DNA of 64,000 bases, taken from contig CAVQXT010000007.1 in assembly GCA_963717945.1 (NCBI GenBank), positions 1,174,270-1,238,269 of the forward strand, read 5' to 3'. Shown piece by piece: positions 16,417 through 25,760 of this stretch. Position 1 is the stretch's first letter. Each line of letters begins with the position of its first letter. Under the pieces are notes generated by a model that was not told where the DNA came from, ran no database searches, and worked only from the letters and a program-made list of their open reading frames with translations. The DNA comes from an uncultured Acidobacteriota bacterium (lineage in GTDB: Bacteria; Acidobacteriota; Vicinamibacteria; Vicinamibacterales; Fen-181). A program made the position numbers and the translations under genes.

Positions 16417-18552
16417 CACATGCCTCCCTCGTGGGCGTCGGTGGCGTGTCGCCGGGGCACGTCCTTGATCGGAGTCTCTCCCGCGACCACGCCCGCGAAG
16501 GCGCCGAGCGGAACTTCCATGAAGAGCGGCCGCCGGGTGAGGTCGGTGACCTCGCTCGCCGGGATCCCCTCTTCCTTGAAGATGCGTTTGATCAGGTTCG
16601 GGCAGGTCTTGCCGCCGCACGCGCCCATGCCGCAGCGGGTGACCGCCTTCAGGTGGTTCATGTCGCGGATGCCGCCCCGGATCAGCCGGCGCAGCTCCTT
16701 CGCCGTCACCCGCTCGCACCGGCACACGATCTCGTCGTCGCCGACCGACGGCTCGTACCGCTCGGCGCGCTCCGCCTGCCACGGCTCCTGGACGCGGATG
16801 CCGGCGATGCGCGGCGCGATCTCGGCCGGCGCCGTCACCCGGACGAGCAGCGCGCGATCGGCGTCCTTCGGCGCGCGGACCCGCGTCACCTCCACGTTGC
16901 CGAGCAGCGTCCCCTCGCTGTCGAGAACGGTGACCGTGTCCCCCTTCTTGATCCGCTTCGCCGAGAACTCGTAGGGGATGACCACGGTCGGCTGCTGCGG
17001 GTCCTTCCGGAAGTCCACCAGCGTGATGGCGAGGCCTGGGCAGATGGCCACGCACTTCTCGCACCCGTCGCACGCGTGGCCCACGAACTCCGGGATGCCC
17101 AGCACGTCGTCGCCCGCGATGTTGATGCCGTGGTTCGGGCAGATCGAGGTGCAGGGATTGCAGGGGATCTCCTGCGCGCAGTGGAAGACGGGGAAGACGC
17201 CCGGTCGCGTCCTCGGGCACGTCCTCGGCGATCGTCATGCCGGGCCGCGACTTGAGGATCTCCGCGGTGCGGTGCCACTCGGGCGGCACCTCGCCGACGT
17301 CGCGCCCGAGCGCGCGGGCGATCTCGAGGCCGCGGATCCGGCCGGTGAACATGGCGGCCGAGGCCTCGGCGATCTCCTCCGAGTCGCCGGCGGCCATCGC
17401 CGGCAGGCCGAACTCGCGCGCCTTGTGCAGGAACTCGTCCACCGGGTCGAGGCCGACCGCCACCAGGACCGTGTCGCACTCGAAGCGCTTCTCGGTGCCC
17501 GGAATCGGCCGCCACGTCTTGTCGATCTCGGCGATGGTGACCGACTCGACCTCGTTCTTCCCCTCGGCCCGCAGAATCGTGTGCGACGTGTAGATCGGCA
17601 CGCCCATGCGCACCAGCTTGTCCTTGTGCACCTTGTAGCCGCCGCACTCGGGCATCGCCTCGCACAGCCCGACGACGCCGATGCCGGCCTGGAGGGCGTG
17701 GTAGCCGGCGATGAGGCCGACGTTGCCGCCGCCGATGACGAACAGCCGCTCGGTCGGCCGGACGAGGTCGCGGTTGACCAGCGTCTGGAAGGCGCCCGCG
17801 CCGTAGACACCGGGCAGCGTATTGCCGGGGAAGACGAGCGACTTCTCGCGCGCTCCGGCGGTGACCAGCAGCATGTCGGGCCGGACGATGAAGTACTGCT
17901 GGTTGTCGCGGAGGACGCCGACGCGGCGGTCGGAGAAGACCGAGAGCACGGTGGAGTTGAGCCAGATGCGGACGTTCTCGAACTCGCGCACCTCGCGCTC
18001 GAGCTTGGTGGCGATGTCGATGCCGCGCGTGCCCGCGTGGCACGCCTCGATCGAGCCGAAGAACTTGTGCGTCTGGAGGACGAGCTTGCCGCCGAGCCGG
18101 TGCTTGTCGTCCACGATGAGCGCGCGGACGCCGGCTCGGCCCAGCTCGATGGCCGCCGTCAGGCCGGCCGGGCCGCCGCCGATGATCAGGCACTCGACGT
18201 CCACCGTCTCGATCGGGTGCGTCCGCACCTGCCCGTCCACGTCGGGCAGCACGGGGAGGCCGTCGAGCGGCTGCACCTGCATGCCGCCGCGCACGACGAC
18301 CATGCAGGACTTGACCGGCAGGTCGTCGGCGACGACGGCGCACTGGGCGCACTGGCCGTTGGCGCAGAAGATCCCCTGCGGCGCGCCGTCCTTGGGATGA
18401 TGGCCGAACGTTCTGATGCCGTTAGCGAAGAGCGCGGAGGCGATCGTTTCGCCCGGGCGCGCCAGCATTGCCTGACCCTGCCACGTGAACGGCACGCTGG
18501 CCTCGCCGGCCGGGGGCAGGATCGGGTGTTCCAGGATGCGATGATCGGACAC
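16416..18552 (-). pseudogene. 2Fe-2S / FAD-NAD(P) oxidoreductase (opine oxidase A, HcnB, or proline dehydrogenase alpha-like) continuous with a 2x[4Fe-4S] plus BFD-like [2Fe-2S] module; frame broken by one extra nucleotide at about 17199-17202
   Basis: The N-terminal frame reads MSDHRILEH...CANGQCAQCAV...IIGGGPAGLTAA...VIGGGNVGL...PEDATG and then nonsense. After a +1 shift it reads VFPVFHCAQEIPCNPCTSICPNHGINIAGDDVLGIPEFVGHACDGCEKCVAICPG...CRCERVTAKEL...CGMGACGGKTC (ORF 16416..17105). No in-frame stop separates the two parts. Confidence 0.8.
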
Positions 18553-18597
18553 TGGGGTAACTCCTCACGGAAGGGGCGGGGCCCTCAGCTTAACACA

Positions 18598-18626
18598 GGC
18601 TCCGGGCTTCAGGCTCCGGGCTTCAG
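18598..18626. repeat. heptanucleotide array (GGCTCCG/GGCTTCA x4)
   Basis: ggctccg|ggcttca|ggctccg|ggcttca, read directly in the divergent intergenic region. Confidence 0.7.
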
Positions 18627-18685
18627 ACACCAAGCTCGGGCGTTCGTGGTATTGTCTGCCAGCATTTCCCGATGGAGGATGACAC

Positions 18686-19762
18686 ATGCGAGCTTGGACA
18701 GTTTCCGCGGTCACCGCGGCCCTCCTGCTGGTCGGTTTCCTCCCCGCCTCCGCGCAGTCGGCGTTCACGGTCGGCGGCGTTACGGCGCAGCCCGGAACCA
18801 TCGCTTCGGGCGAGGTACAGGTTCCGGCGCGCGGGACCGATCCCGGCACGGTCATTCCCTTCTCAATCCTCAACGGCGCCAAACCCGGACCGGTGCTGAC
18901 GCTGGTGGCCGGCACGCATGGCGCCGAGTATCCGCCGATCCTGGCGCTCCAGAGGCTGCGTTGGTCGATCGACCCGAAGGAACTCGCGGGCACGATCGTG
19001 ATGATTCACACGGCGAACATGCCGGCGTTCCTCGGGCGTGCGATCTACTACACACCGGGCGACCACAAGAATCTCAACCGCGTGTTCCCCGGCCGGTCCG
19101 ATGGAACAATCTCCGAGCGCATCGCGTTCGCCATCACCCGCGAATTCATCGAGCGGACGCAGTACCTGATCGACCTGCACTGCGGTGACGCGAACGAGTC
19201 GCTCCGCCCGTATCTCTACTGGACGATCAACGCGGCGCCGCCGCTCGTCGAGAGCATCCGGCAGCTCGCGGCCGCGTTCGGCATGGATCACGTGATCCTC
19301 GACAACGGCCGGCCGACCGACCCGGCCGCGTCGGTCTACCTCGAGAACACGGCCATCACCCGCGGCAAGCCGGCCCTCACGATCGAATCGGGCGGCATGG
19401 GCCAGAGCGACGAGGAGTCGATCGCGCGGATCGAGCGGGGCGTCGCGGGGGTGCTCAAGCACCTGAAGATGCAGGCCACCGGCCCGGACCCGGTCGAACA
19501 CATCGTGTTCCTCGGCCGAAACCAGGTGCTCACCAGCCAGCACACTGGCATCTTCTACCCGCTCGTCAAGAAGGGGTATACGGTGGCTGAAGGGGCTCTC
19601 ATCGGCCGTATCACCGACTTCCACGGGAAGACGATGGAGGAAGTCCGCGCTCCGTTCGCAGGCGAAATCCTCTACGTGATTGGCACGCCGCCGACGACCA
19701 AGGGCGAACCGCTGGGATTCATCGCCGCGCCGGCGAAACCGGAGGAGTTTCCCAGGAAGTAG
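18686..19762 (+). CDS. succinylglutamate desuccinylase/aspartoacylase family (M14-like) protein with signal peptide
   Basis: Signal peptide (...LPASAQS), then LVAGTHGAEYPP, NRVFPG, DLHCGD. Confidence 0.8.
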   Translation: MRAWTVSAVTAALLLVGFLPASAQSAFTVGGVTAQPGTIASGEVQVPARGTDPGTVIPFSILNGAKPGPVLTLVAGTHGAEYPPILALQRLRWSIDPKELAGTIVMIHTANMPAFLGRAIYYTPGDHKNLNRVFPGRSDGTISERIAFAITREFIERTQYLIDLHCGDANESLRPYLYWTINAAPPLVESIRQLAAAFGMDHVILDNGRPTDPAASVYLENTAITRGKPALTIESGGMGQSDEESIARIERGVAGVLKHLKMQATGPDPVEHIVFLGRNQVLTSQHTGIFYPLVKKGYTVAEGALIGRITDFHGKTMEEVRAPFAGEILYVIGTPPTTKGEPLGFIAAPAKPEEFPRK

Positions 19763-19853
19763 GCTTCGGGCTTCGGACTCCATCGTGGCGGTTCGCGGCT
19801 AGGCGGGATGCCTGCACGCGTTGTTGTTCGGCCCGATGGTGCGGGGGTGGACG

Positions 19854-20297
19854 ATGAACGACTCGGTCCGGCTTTGGCTGAAGGCCCTGATGATCTGCCT
19901 GGTGGCGGCGGCGGCCGCCATCGCGATCTACCTTCCGGTGCCGCACGTTCTATTCATCGTCATCGCGCTGCTCTGGCTGGCGCCATTTGCCCTGGTCGCG
20001 GTGGGAATTGGCAGCTTCTGGGACTTCCGGCTGGCCGTGAAGGCGACGCTGACAGCGCTGCCGGTGGCCTTCCTCGTCGGCGGCCTGCTCGGGTGGGCCG
20101 CCGTGCCCAGCGCGTGGACGGCGTCTCTGTGGACGACGATCGACGCGTCGATGAACGCCGCCAGATACGGGGCGGCGTTCGAGCATACGGCCGAACGCGT
20201 GTTGCTCTACGTCATGATCGGCGGCGCAATGGGCGCCCTTGTCGGCACCGTCGGTTCGATCTGGGCGGTCGTTCGCGGGGCTCATCGCTCCGCGTGA
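19854..20297 (+). CDS. hypothetical integral membrane protein (4 predicted TM helices)
   Basis: MNDSVRLWLKALMICLVAAAAAIAIYLPVPHVLFIVIALLWLAPFALVAVGIG... Hydrophobic periodicity only; no recognised family. Confidence 0.5.
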   Translation: MNDSVRLWLKALMICLVAAAAAIAIYLPVPHVLFIVIALLWLAPFALVAVGIGSFWDFRLAVKATLTALPVAFLVGGLLGWAAVPSAWTASLWTTIDASMNAARYGAAFEHTAERVLLYVMIGGAMGALVGTVGSIWAVVRGAHRSA

Positions 20298-20353
20298 CTC
20301 GGACTTGTCGACCCGTTGATCCGCCGCCGGGTACTCCATCCGGACGCAATCAG

Positions 20354-21028
20354 ATGACCTCACCGGTGAAGCGCGTCCTGCTCGCCTGGTCGTCGGGCAA
20401 GGACTCGGCGTGGACGCTTCACGTCCTTCGCCAGGATCCCACGGTGGAGGTCGTCGCGCTGCTGACGACCTTCAACGAAGCCGCCGGTCGCGTCGCCATG
20501 CACGCGGTGCGCCGGAAACTCGTCCTGGAGCAAGCCGCTCGCGCCGGCCTGCCGCTGTGGCAGGTGCCCCTGCCGTCACCGTGTTCCAACGAAGTCTACG
20601 AGAGACAGATGCGCGGGGCGCTGGACCTGGCGCGCGCCGATGGGCTCACACACGTCGCCTTCGGCGATCTGTTCCTGGAGGACGTCCGGCGCTATCGCGA
20701 GGAGCGCCTGGCGGGAAGCGGCCTCGAGCCGATCTTCCCGCTCTGGGGACGCCCGACGCGTGAACTCGCGGAGGAGATGATCGCGGCCGGCCTCAAAGCG
20801 ACGCTCACATGTGTCGATCCCAGACAAATCGATCGCTTCCTCACCGGCCGTGCATTCGATGCGTCACTGCTGGCCGATCTTCCGGCCACCGCCGATCCGT
20901 GCGGTGAGAAGGGCGAGTTCCACTCGTTTGTGCACGCCGGACCGATGTTCACCTCGCCCATCGGAGTTGCCATCGGAGAAGTCGTCGAGCGAGACGGTTT
21001 TGTGTTCTGCGATGTCCGGAGTCAGTGA
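20354..21028 (+). CDS. PP-loop ATP pyrophosphatase, Dph6/MJ0570-related adenine nucleotide alpha-hydrolase
   Basis: MTSPVKRVLLAWSSGKDSAWTL (SGGKDS-like PP-loop) ...GEKGEFHSFV. The N-terminal 180 aa of track ORF 19808..21028 overlap the membrane-protein gene out of frame and were dropped. Confidence 0.8.
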   Translation: MTSPVKRVLLAWSSGKDSAWTLHVLRQDPTVEVVALLTTFNEAAGRVAMHAVRRKLVLEQAARAGLPLWQVPLPSPCSNEVYERQMRGALDLARADGLTHVAFGDLFLEDVRRYREERLAGSGLEPIFPLWGRPTRELAEEMIAAGLKATLTCVDPRQIDRFLTGRAFDASLLADLPATADPCGEKGEFHSFVHAGPMFTSPIGVAIGEVVERDGFVFCDVRSQ

Positions 21029-21097
21029 CGGAGCCTCACAAGTCGTGTCCGCTGCGGTGTATGCGTCCAGCCTCGTTTTCGATGAACTGGTGACCTT

Positions 21098-21174
21098 GCG
21101 CCCGTAACTCAGCTGGATGGAGTACCGGCCCTCGAGGCAGAGGGTCCCGGTGGCTGCGATTCCTGCCAGACGCA
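21098..21174 (+). pseudogene. degenerate tRNA-like sequence (tRNA-Arg-like 5' half)
   Basis: GCGCCCG-TA-ACTC-AGCTGGATG-GAGT is a canonical acceptor 5' strand plus D-arm. I cannot fold a 5-bp anticodon stem with a 7-nt loop. The T-arm region is 3 nt too long (GGTGGCTGCGATTCCTGC versus the expected GG-TTCGATTCC type). The 3' acceptor strand CAGACGC gives two C-A mismatches. Confidence 0.35.
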
Positions 21175-21209
21175 ATGACGGCGGCCGCTGGCTCTTGCGC
21201 GGATCGCGA

Positions 21210-22955
21210 CTAGCGCTTCCTCAGCCCCGCCAGGAGCTTCCCCGCCGGCAGGGTGTTGATCACATCCTTCTTCTCCAGCCAGCCGCGACGGGCCATCTTC
21301 ACGCCGTACTTCATGAACGTCAGGTTCGCGGTGGCGTGCGAGTCGGTGGAGATGACCACCTTCACGCCGCGGTCTTTGGCCATGCGCAGGTAGCTGTCGC
21401 GCAGATCGAGCCGGTCGGGATAGGCGTTGCACTCCATGGCCACGCCGTGTTTCCGCGCGGCATCGAGGACTTGTTCCATGTCGTATTCAAACGCGTCGCG
21501 GCGCAGCAGCAGCCGGCCCGTCGGATGCGCGATGATCTGCGTGTAGGGATTCTCGACCGCCGCAAGCAGGCGATCGGTCATGGCCGCGCGCTCCAGGTTC
21601 ATATGGGAATGCACCGAGGCGACCACCACGTCGAGCTGCGCGAGAACTTCATCGTCGAGGTCGAGCTTGCCGTCCTTCAGGATGTCCACCTCGATGCCGG
21701 CGAAGACGCGTATGCCCGGCAGGTGCTCCTGGGCGGCGCGGATCTTCTCGATCTGGGCGAGGGTGCGCTTCTCGTCCATCCCGTTGGCGACGGTGACCGC
21801 TCTGGAGTGGTCGGTGAGCGCGATGTACTCGTAACCCAGCGCGCGGGCGGCCTCGGCCATCTCTGCGATGGAGTTCTTGCCGTCGCTCGCGGTGGTGTGC
21901 ATTTGCAGATCGCCGCGCATGTCGTCGAGGGTGATGAGCTTGGGGAGCTTGCCGGCTTGGGCGGCTTCGATTTCGCCGGCGTTCTCGCGCAATTCGGGCT
22001 CGATGTAAGCGAGCTTCAGCTTCCTGTAGATTTCCTCCTCGGACTTGCCGGCGACGTGGCGCTCGGCTTTCAGCGTGGCGAGCTGGTACTCGTTGAGCGT
22101 GAAGCCCATCCTGTTGGCGCGGCCGCGCAGAGCGACGTTGTGCTCTTTCGAGCCGGTGAAATACATCAGCGCCGCGCCGAAGTTCTCCTTTTCAAGGATG
22201 CGCACGTCCACCTGGAGGCTGTCTTCCATGAGGAAGCTGACCTTGTTCTCGCCCTTCGCCAGGACCTGCTGGATGCCGGGGAATTCCAGGATGTGGGCGC
22301 TGATGGCGTCCACGACGTCCTGCGAGTGCCTGCCCGGGGCGAGGGTGACCAGCAGGTCGAGGTCGCCGACGGTTTCCTTGCCGCGGCGCAGCGAGCCGGC
22401 CGGCGTGACCAGCTCCACGGGCTTGCCATATCCGCCAATGTGCGCGGCGACTTTGTCGGCGGCCGCGTCGGCCACGTGAATGTGGAAGCGCCCCGAGGCG
22501 CGCTTGAACACCTCGATGGCCTTCAGAATGTTCTGCTCGCTCTTTTCGCCGAAGCCGTCGAGGTCCCGCAGCTTGCCGTCGCGCGCCAGTTCTTCGACTT
22601 TCTCGACCGTGCCCGCCTTGAAGCGTTTCCACAGCAGCGCGACTTTCTTCGGGCCCAGCGATTGCAGGGTGAGCAGGGCGAGGATGGTGTGCGGATATTT
22701 CTTCAGGAGCTTCTTGCGCAGGCCGTAGTCCTCGGTCGAGAGGATTTCCTGGATGTGCTCGGCCATCCGTTCGCCGATGCCGGGCAGGGCGGTGAGCTTC
22801 TCGGTGTCCTTGGCGATTTCGGCGATGGGCTCGGGCAAGGAGTCGATGAGCTCGGCGGCTTTTTCGTAGCTGCGGTAGCGCCCGATAAACGCGCCGTCGA
22901 TTTCGAGGAGCTGCGCGGTTTCGCGCAGGATCGTTGCCACCGCCCGATTGTCCAT
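21210..22955 (-). CDS. DNA polymerase X family protein with C-terminal PHP domain (PolX)
   Basis: MDNRAVATILRETAQLLEIDG..., HhH LPGIGERMAEHI, nucleotidyltransferase GSLRRGKETVGDLDLLV, PHP MHTTASDG...ALTDHS...VASVHS...ISTDSH. GAA/AAA codons are visibly more frequent than in neighbouring genes. Confidence 0.9.
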   Translation of the reverse strand: MDNRAVATILRETAQLLEIDGAFIGRYRSYEKAAELIDSLPEPIAEIAKDTEKLTALPGIGERMAEHIQEILSTEDYGLRKKLLKKYPHTILALLTLQSLGPKKVALLWKRFKAGTVEKVEELARDGKLRDLDGFGEKSEQNILKAIEVFKRASGRFHIHVADAAADKVAAHIGGYGKPVELVTPAGSLRRGKETVGDLDLLVTLAPGRHSQDVVDAISAHILEFPGIQQVLAKGENKVSFLMEDSLQVDVRILEKENFGAALMYFTGSKEHNVALRGRANRMGFTLNEYQLATLKAERHVAGKSEEEIYRKLKLAYIEPELRENAGEIEAAQAGKLPKLITLDDMRGDLQMHTTASDGKNSIAEMAEAARALGYEYIALTDHSRAVTVANGMDEKRTLAQIEKIRAAQEHLPGIRVFAGIEVDILKDGKLDLDDEVLAQLDVVVASVHSHMNLERAAMTDRLLAAVENPYTQIIAHPTGRLLLRRDAFEYDMEQVLDAARKHGVAMECNAYPDRLDLRDSYLRMAKDRGVKVVISTDSHATANLTFMKYGVKMARRGWLEKKDVINTLPAGKLLAGLRKR

Positions 22956-23137
22956 GTCCGAATGATACCGCTCGCTGCGGCAGCAGAAGACAAGGGCGCC
23001 TTTGCCCCGGGATCCGGCCACTCAAGGCCCACTGCGCCCAAACCTGTCAGGTCACTTCCCGGCGTTACCTCTCGGGCTAGATGAACCGTCGAGGCGCTGC
23101 TAAGATGAGATTGAGCGAAGTTCCGGGGAGGTAGCGA

Positions 23138-23380
23138 ATGTACTTGCTCCTTTGGATCGTCAGCGGCGTTATCGCCGGTTGGCTCACGGGGCTGGTCATG
23201 CGGGGCCGCGGGTTCGGCCTGATCGGCGACCTGGTCGTGGGATTCATCGGAGGAATCATCGGCGGCTCGCTCGCCGGGTTCCTCGGGATCGTGCCCACGA
23301 GTTGGATCGGGCATATTCTGGTGGCCGCTCTCGGCGGCGTCGTCCTCGTCGCTATCATCCGCGCGCTGCGGCGCGTCTGA
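23138..23380 (+). CDS. GlsB/YeaQ/YmgE family stress-response membrane protein
   Basis: MYLLLWIVSGVIAGWLTGLVMRGRGFGLIGDLVVGFIGGIIGG... is the typical transglycosylase-associated family pattern. Confidence 0.85.
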   Translation: MYLLLWIVSGVIAGWLTGLVMRGRGFGLIGDLVVGFIGGIIGGSLAGFLGIVPTSWIGHILVAALGGVVLVAIIRALRRV

Positions 23381-23418
23381 ACCGCGCCGGGGACGCTTCT
23401 GGTCCGGGGACCGTCCCC

Positions 23419-23504
23419 GCCCTGAGCCGTCTTTCCCTTAGCCCTGAGCCTTGAGCCCTGAGCCGTCCTTCCCTGAGCCTTGAGCCCTGAGCCTTGAGCC
23501 TGTA
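23419..23504. repeat. heptanucleotide tandem array (GCCCTGA/GCCTTGA), same family as 15171-15262
   Basis: gccctga|gccgtct|ttccctta|gccctga|gccttga|gccctga|gccgtcc|ttccctga|gccttga|gccctga|gccttga|gcctgta. Confidence 0.8.
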
Positions 23505-23514
23505 AGCTCATGCC

Positions 23515-24510
23515 GTGAACTACCGCTTCCTCGGCCGGACCGGCGTCCGCGTGTCGCCGTTGGCTCTGGGCACCCTGAATTTCGGCGGCCCGACCTCCGA
23601 CGACGATGCCGCCCGTATCGTGGCCGCGGCGCTCGACGCGGGCGTCAATCTCGTCGACACGTCCGACAGCTATCACGCGGGGCGGTCGGAGGAGGCGGTG
23701 GGGAAGGCGCTGTCCGGTCGCAGGGCCGGGGTCGTGCTCGCCACCAAGGTGCACTTTCCGACCGGCTCCGGCCCGAACGACGCCGGCAACTCCCGGCTGC
23801 ACATCCTGCGCGCGTGCGACGACTCGCTTCGCCGGCTGAAGACCGACTGCATCGACCTCTACCAGGTGCACAGGCCGAGCCCGGAGATTCCGATCGAGGA
23901 GACGCTCGGCGCGCTGACCGACCTGGTGAGGGTGGGGAAGGTGCGTTACGTCGGGTGTTCCACGCACCCGGCCTGGATGGTGATGGAGGCGCTGGCGGCG
24001 AGCGAGCGGCTCGGCCTGGCGCGCTACGTCAGCGAGCAGCCGCCCTACAACCTGCTGGACCGCCGCATCGAGAACGAGCTGGTGCCGCTGGCTCTCCGAC
24101 ACAACCTGGCTCTGTTGCCGTGGGCCCCCATCGCCCAGGGCGTTCTCGCCGGCCGGTATCGGTTCGGTCAGGCCGTGCCCGAGGATTCGCGCGCGGCGCG
24201 GCAGCCGGACAGCATCTACTCGCGGCGCGTCACCGCGCGAGGGATCGAGGCCGGGGAGGCCTTCGTGGCGCTCGCGCGCGAGCACGGCCTGCCGCCGGGC
24301 CAGTTGGCGCTGCTTTGGTGCAAGGACCAGCCGGGGATCACCTCGCCCGTCGTCGGGCCGCGAACGCTGGAGCAGTTGCGGGACCTGCTGCCGGTGCTCG
24401 AGATGAACCTCACCGACGCGCAGCGCGCCGCGTGCGACGCGATCAACCCACCCGGCACGGCGATCGTGGACTTCCACAACACGGCGGGGTGGATGAAGAC
24501 AGCCGTCTAG
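23515..24510 (+). CDS. aldo/keto reductase
   Basis: GTG start; [20 protein letters not shown]..., [21 protein letters not shown], and the [10 protein letters not shown] motifs of the AKR superfamily. Confidence 0.9.
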   Translation: MNYRFLGRTGVRVSPLALGTLNFGGPTSDDDAARIVAAALDAGVNLVDTSDSYHAGRSEEAVGKALSGRRAGVVLATKVHFPTGSGPNDAGNSRLHILRACDDSLRRLKTDCIDLYQVHRPSPEIPIEETLGALTDLVRVGKVRYVGCSTHPAWMVMEALAASERLGLARYVSEQPPYNLLDRRIENELVPLALRHNLALLPWAPIAQGVLAGRYRFGQAVPEDSRAARQPDSIYSRRVTARGIEAGEAFVALAREHGLPPGQLALLWCKDQPGITSPVVGPRTLEQLRDLLPVLEMNLTDAQRAACDAINPPGTAIVDFHNTAGWMKTAV

Positions 24511-24512
24511 CC

Positions 24513-24550
24513 GGCTCCGGGCTTCAGGCTCCAGGCTCCGGGCTCCGGGC
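24513..24550. repeat. heptanucleotide array (GGCTCCG/GGCTTCA/GGCTCCA)
   Basis: ggctccg|ggcttca|ggctcca|ggctccg|ggctccg|ggc, followed at 24553-24572 by GTGTCACATGGATCACGC, which resembles the core of the 41897 element. Confidence 0.7.
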
Positions 24551-24616
24551 CGTGTCACATGGATCACGCTGCGGTCGTGCGTAGGGCGGCCCTTTAGGGC
24601 TGCCTGAAGGAGACGG

Positions 24617-25504
24617 ATGAGAAGGCGTTTCGCCTCGGCCCTGGCGGCCGCGGGACTCGTGGTCGTCGCGACCGGGTACATCGTCGCGATCAGCATCGTG
24701 CCGCCCGTCGCGGCCGGCGGCCTCTTGTACCCGGCGCGTCGCCACGTCGCGGGGCCGCCTCCGTCCGGGTGCGAAGACGCCGTATTCGCCGGCGAAGGCG
24801 TGACGCTGAAAGGCTGGCGATGTCAGGCGACGGGCCCGAGGCGAGGCACCATCGTTTATCTGCACGGAGTCGCCGACAACCGCACCAGCATCCGGGGCGC
24901 GGTCGCCAGGTTCACCGGCATCGGACTCGACCTCGTCGCCTACGACAGCCGGGCGCAGGGGGAGTCCACGGGCACGATTTGCACGTACGGCTATTGGGAG
25001 AAGCGCGATCTCAAAGACGTGATCGACCAGGTCGGCCCTGGTCCAGTCGTCCTGGTGGGTGCGTCATTGGGCGCTGCGGTGGCGCTCCAGGAGGCGCCCG
25101 ATGACCCTCGCGTGGTGGGAGTGGTCGCCGCGGAAGCCTTCTCCGACCTGCGGACGGTGGCGCGGGAACGGGCGCCCCGCTTGCTGACCCAGGGCTTGAT
25201 TCGGCGCGCCTTCTCAATAGCGGAAACGCGCGGCGACTTTCGAGCGGACGAGGTGAGCCCGGTGGCTGCGGCCCGCCGGATCCGCGTTCCCGTCCTTTTG
25301 ATCCACGGCGCGCTGGACGCGGACACCCCGCCGGACCATTCGCGCCGGATCCTGGCGGCGCTCGGCGGGCCCAAGGAGCTCATCCTGGTCGAAGGGGCAC
25401 ATCACAACGAGTCGCTGCGGGCCGAGGGCACATGGCAGCGCATCGAGAGTTGGGTGCAGGCCGTGCTGGCGTCGCGCACGCCGCGCCCAGCCGGCCGGAA
25501 GTGA
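24617..25504 (+). CDS. alpha/beta hydrolase with N-terminal membrane anchor
   Basis: IVYLHGVADN..., nucleophile elbow GASLGAA, LLIHGALDADTP, EGAHHN. Confidence 0.85.
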   Translation: MRRRFASALAAAGLVVVATGYIVAISIVPPVAAGGLLYPARRHVAGPPPSGCEDAVFAGEGVTLKGWRCQATGPRRGTIVYLHGVADNRTSIRGAVARFTGIGLDLVAYDSRAQGESTGTICTYGYWEKRDLKDVIDQVGPGPVVLVGASLGAAVALQEAPDDPRVVGVVAAEAFSDLRTVARERAPRLLTQGLIRRAFSIAETRGDFRADEVSPVAAARRIRVPVLLIHGALDADTPPDHSRRILAALGGPKELILVEGAHHNESLRAEGTWQRIESWVQAVLASRTPRPAGRK

Positions 25505-25535
25505 CATCTGATGCGTGATGCGTGATGATCGCGGC

Positions 25536-25760
25536 ATGCGCACCACCCTCGACATCGACGACGACGTGCTTCAGGCCGCAAAGGAGCTGGCCGCGGCGCA
25601 TCGCGTGACCGCCGGCCAGATGCTGTCCGAGCTCGCGCGCCGGGCGCTGACGCCGGCCCCGGCTCGCCAGATTCGCAACGGCGTGCCGCTGCTGCCGCGG
25701 CGGCCGCACGGGCGCCCCCGGCCGACGATGAAGCTCGTCAACGAGCTGAGGGACGCGTGA
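25536..25760 (+). CDS. vapB: type II antitoxin, VapB-like
   Basis: MRTTLDIDDDVLQAAKELAAAH... is a typical antitoxin N-terminus. Its stop overlaps the GTG start of the PIN gene (GTGA). Confidence 0.7.
   Translation: MRTTLDIDDDVLQAAKELAAAHRVTAGQMLSELARRALTPAPARQIRNGVPLLPRRPHGRPRPTMKLVNELRDA

Noticed and set aside
15259-18552. 1097-aa ORF as one giant oxidoreductase
   Set aside because: The middle ~330 residues are Arg/Gly/Pro nonsense. The region actually contains a frameshifted fusion gene (16416-18552) and a separate FAD oxidoreductase (15259-16416) with its own ATG overlapping a stop in the correct frame.
19808-21028. 406-aa ORF as a full-length protein
   Set aside because: The first ~180 residues overlap the membrane-protein gene in another frame and are Arg/Gly-rich. 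The PP-loop protein starts at MTSPVKR (20354).
21098-21174. Functional tRNA-Arg gene, or a tRNA with an expanded anticodon loop decoding GUAC quadruplets at the three G-TAC frameshift sites
   Set aside because: I could not fold an anticodon arm, the T-arm has extra nucleotides, and the acceptor stem has two mismatches. The GTAC present at 21122-21125 lies in the D-stem/junction, not in an anticodon loop. There is no support for quadruplet decoding.
25509-25529. Regulatory significance of the TGATGCG x3 repeat upstream of vapB
   Set aside because: It fits the general heptamer-array family. On sequence alone there is no evidence that it is an operator for VapB.
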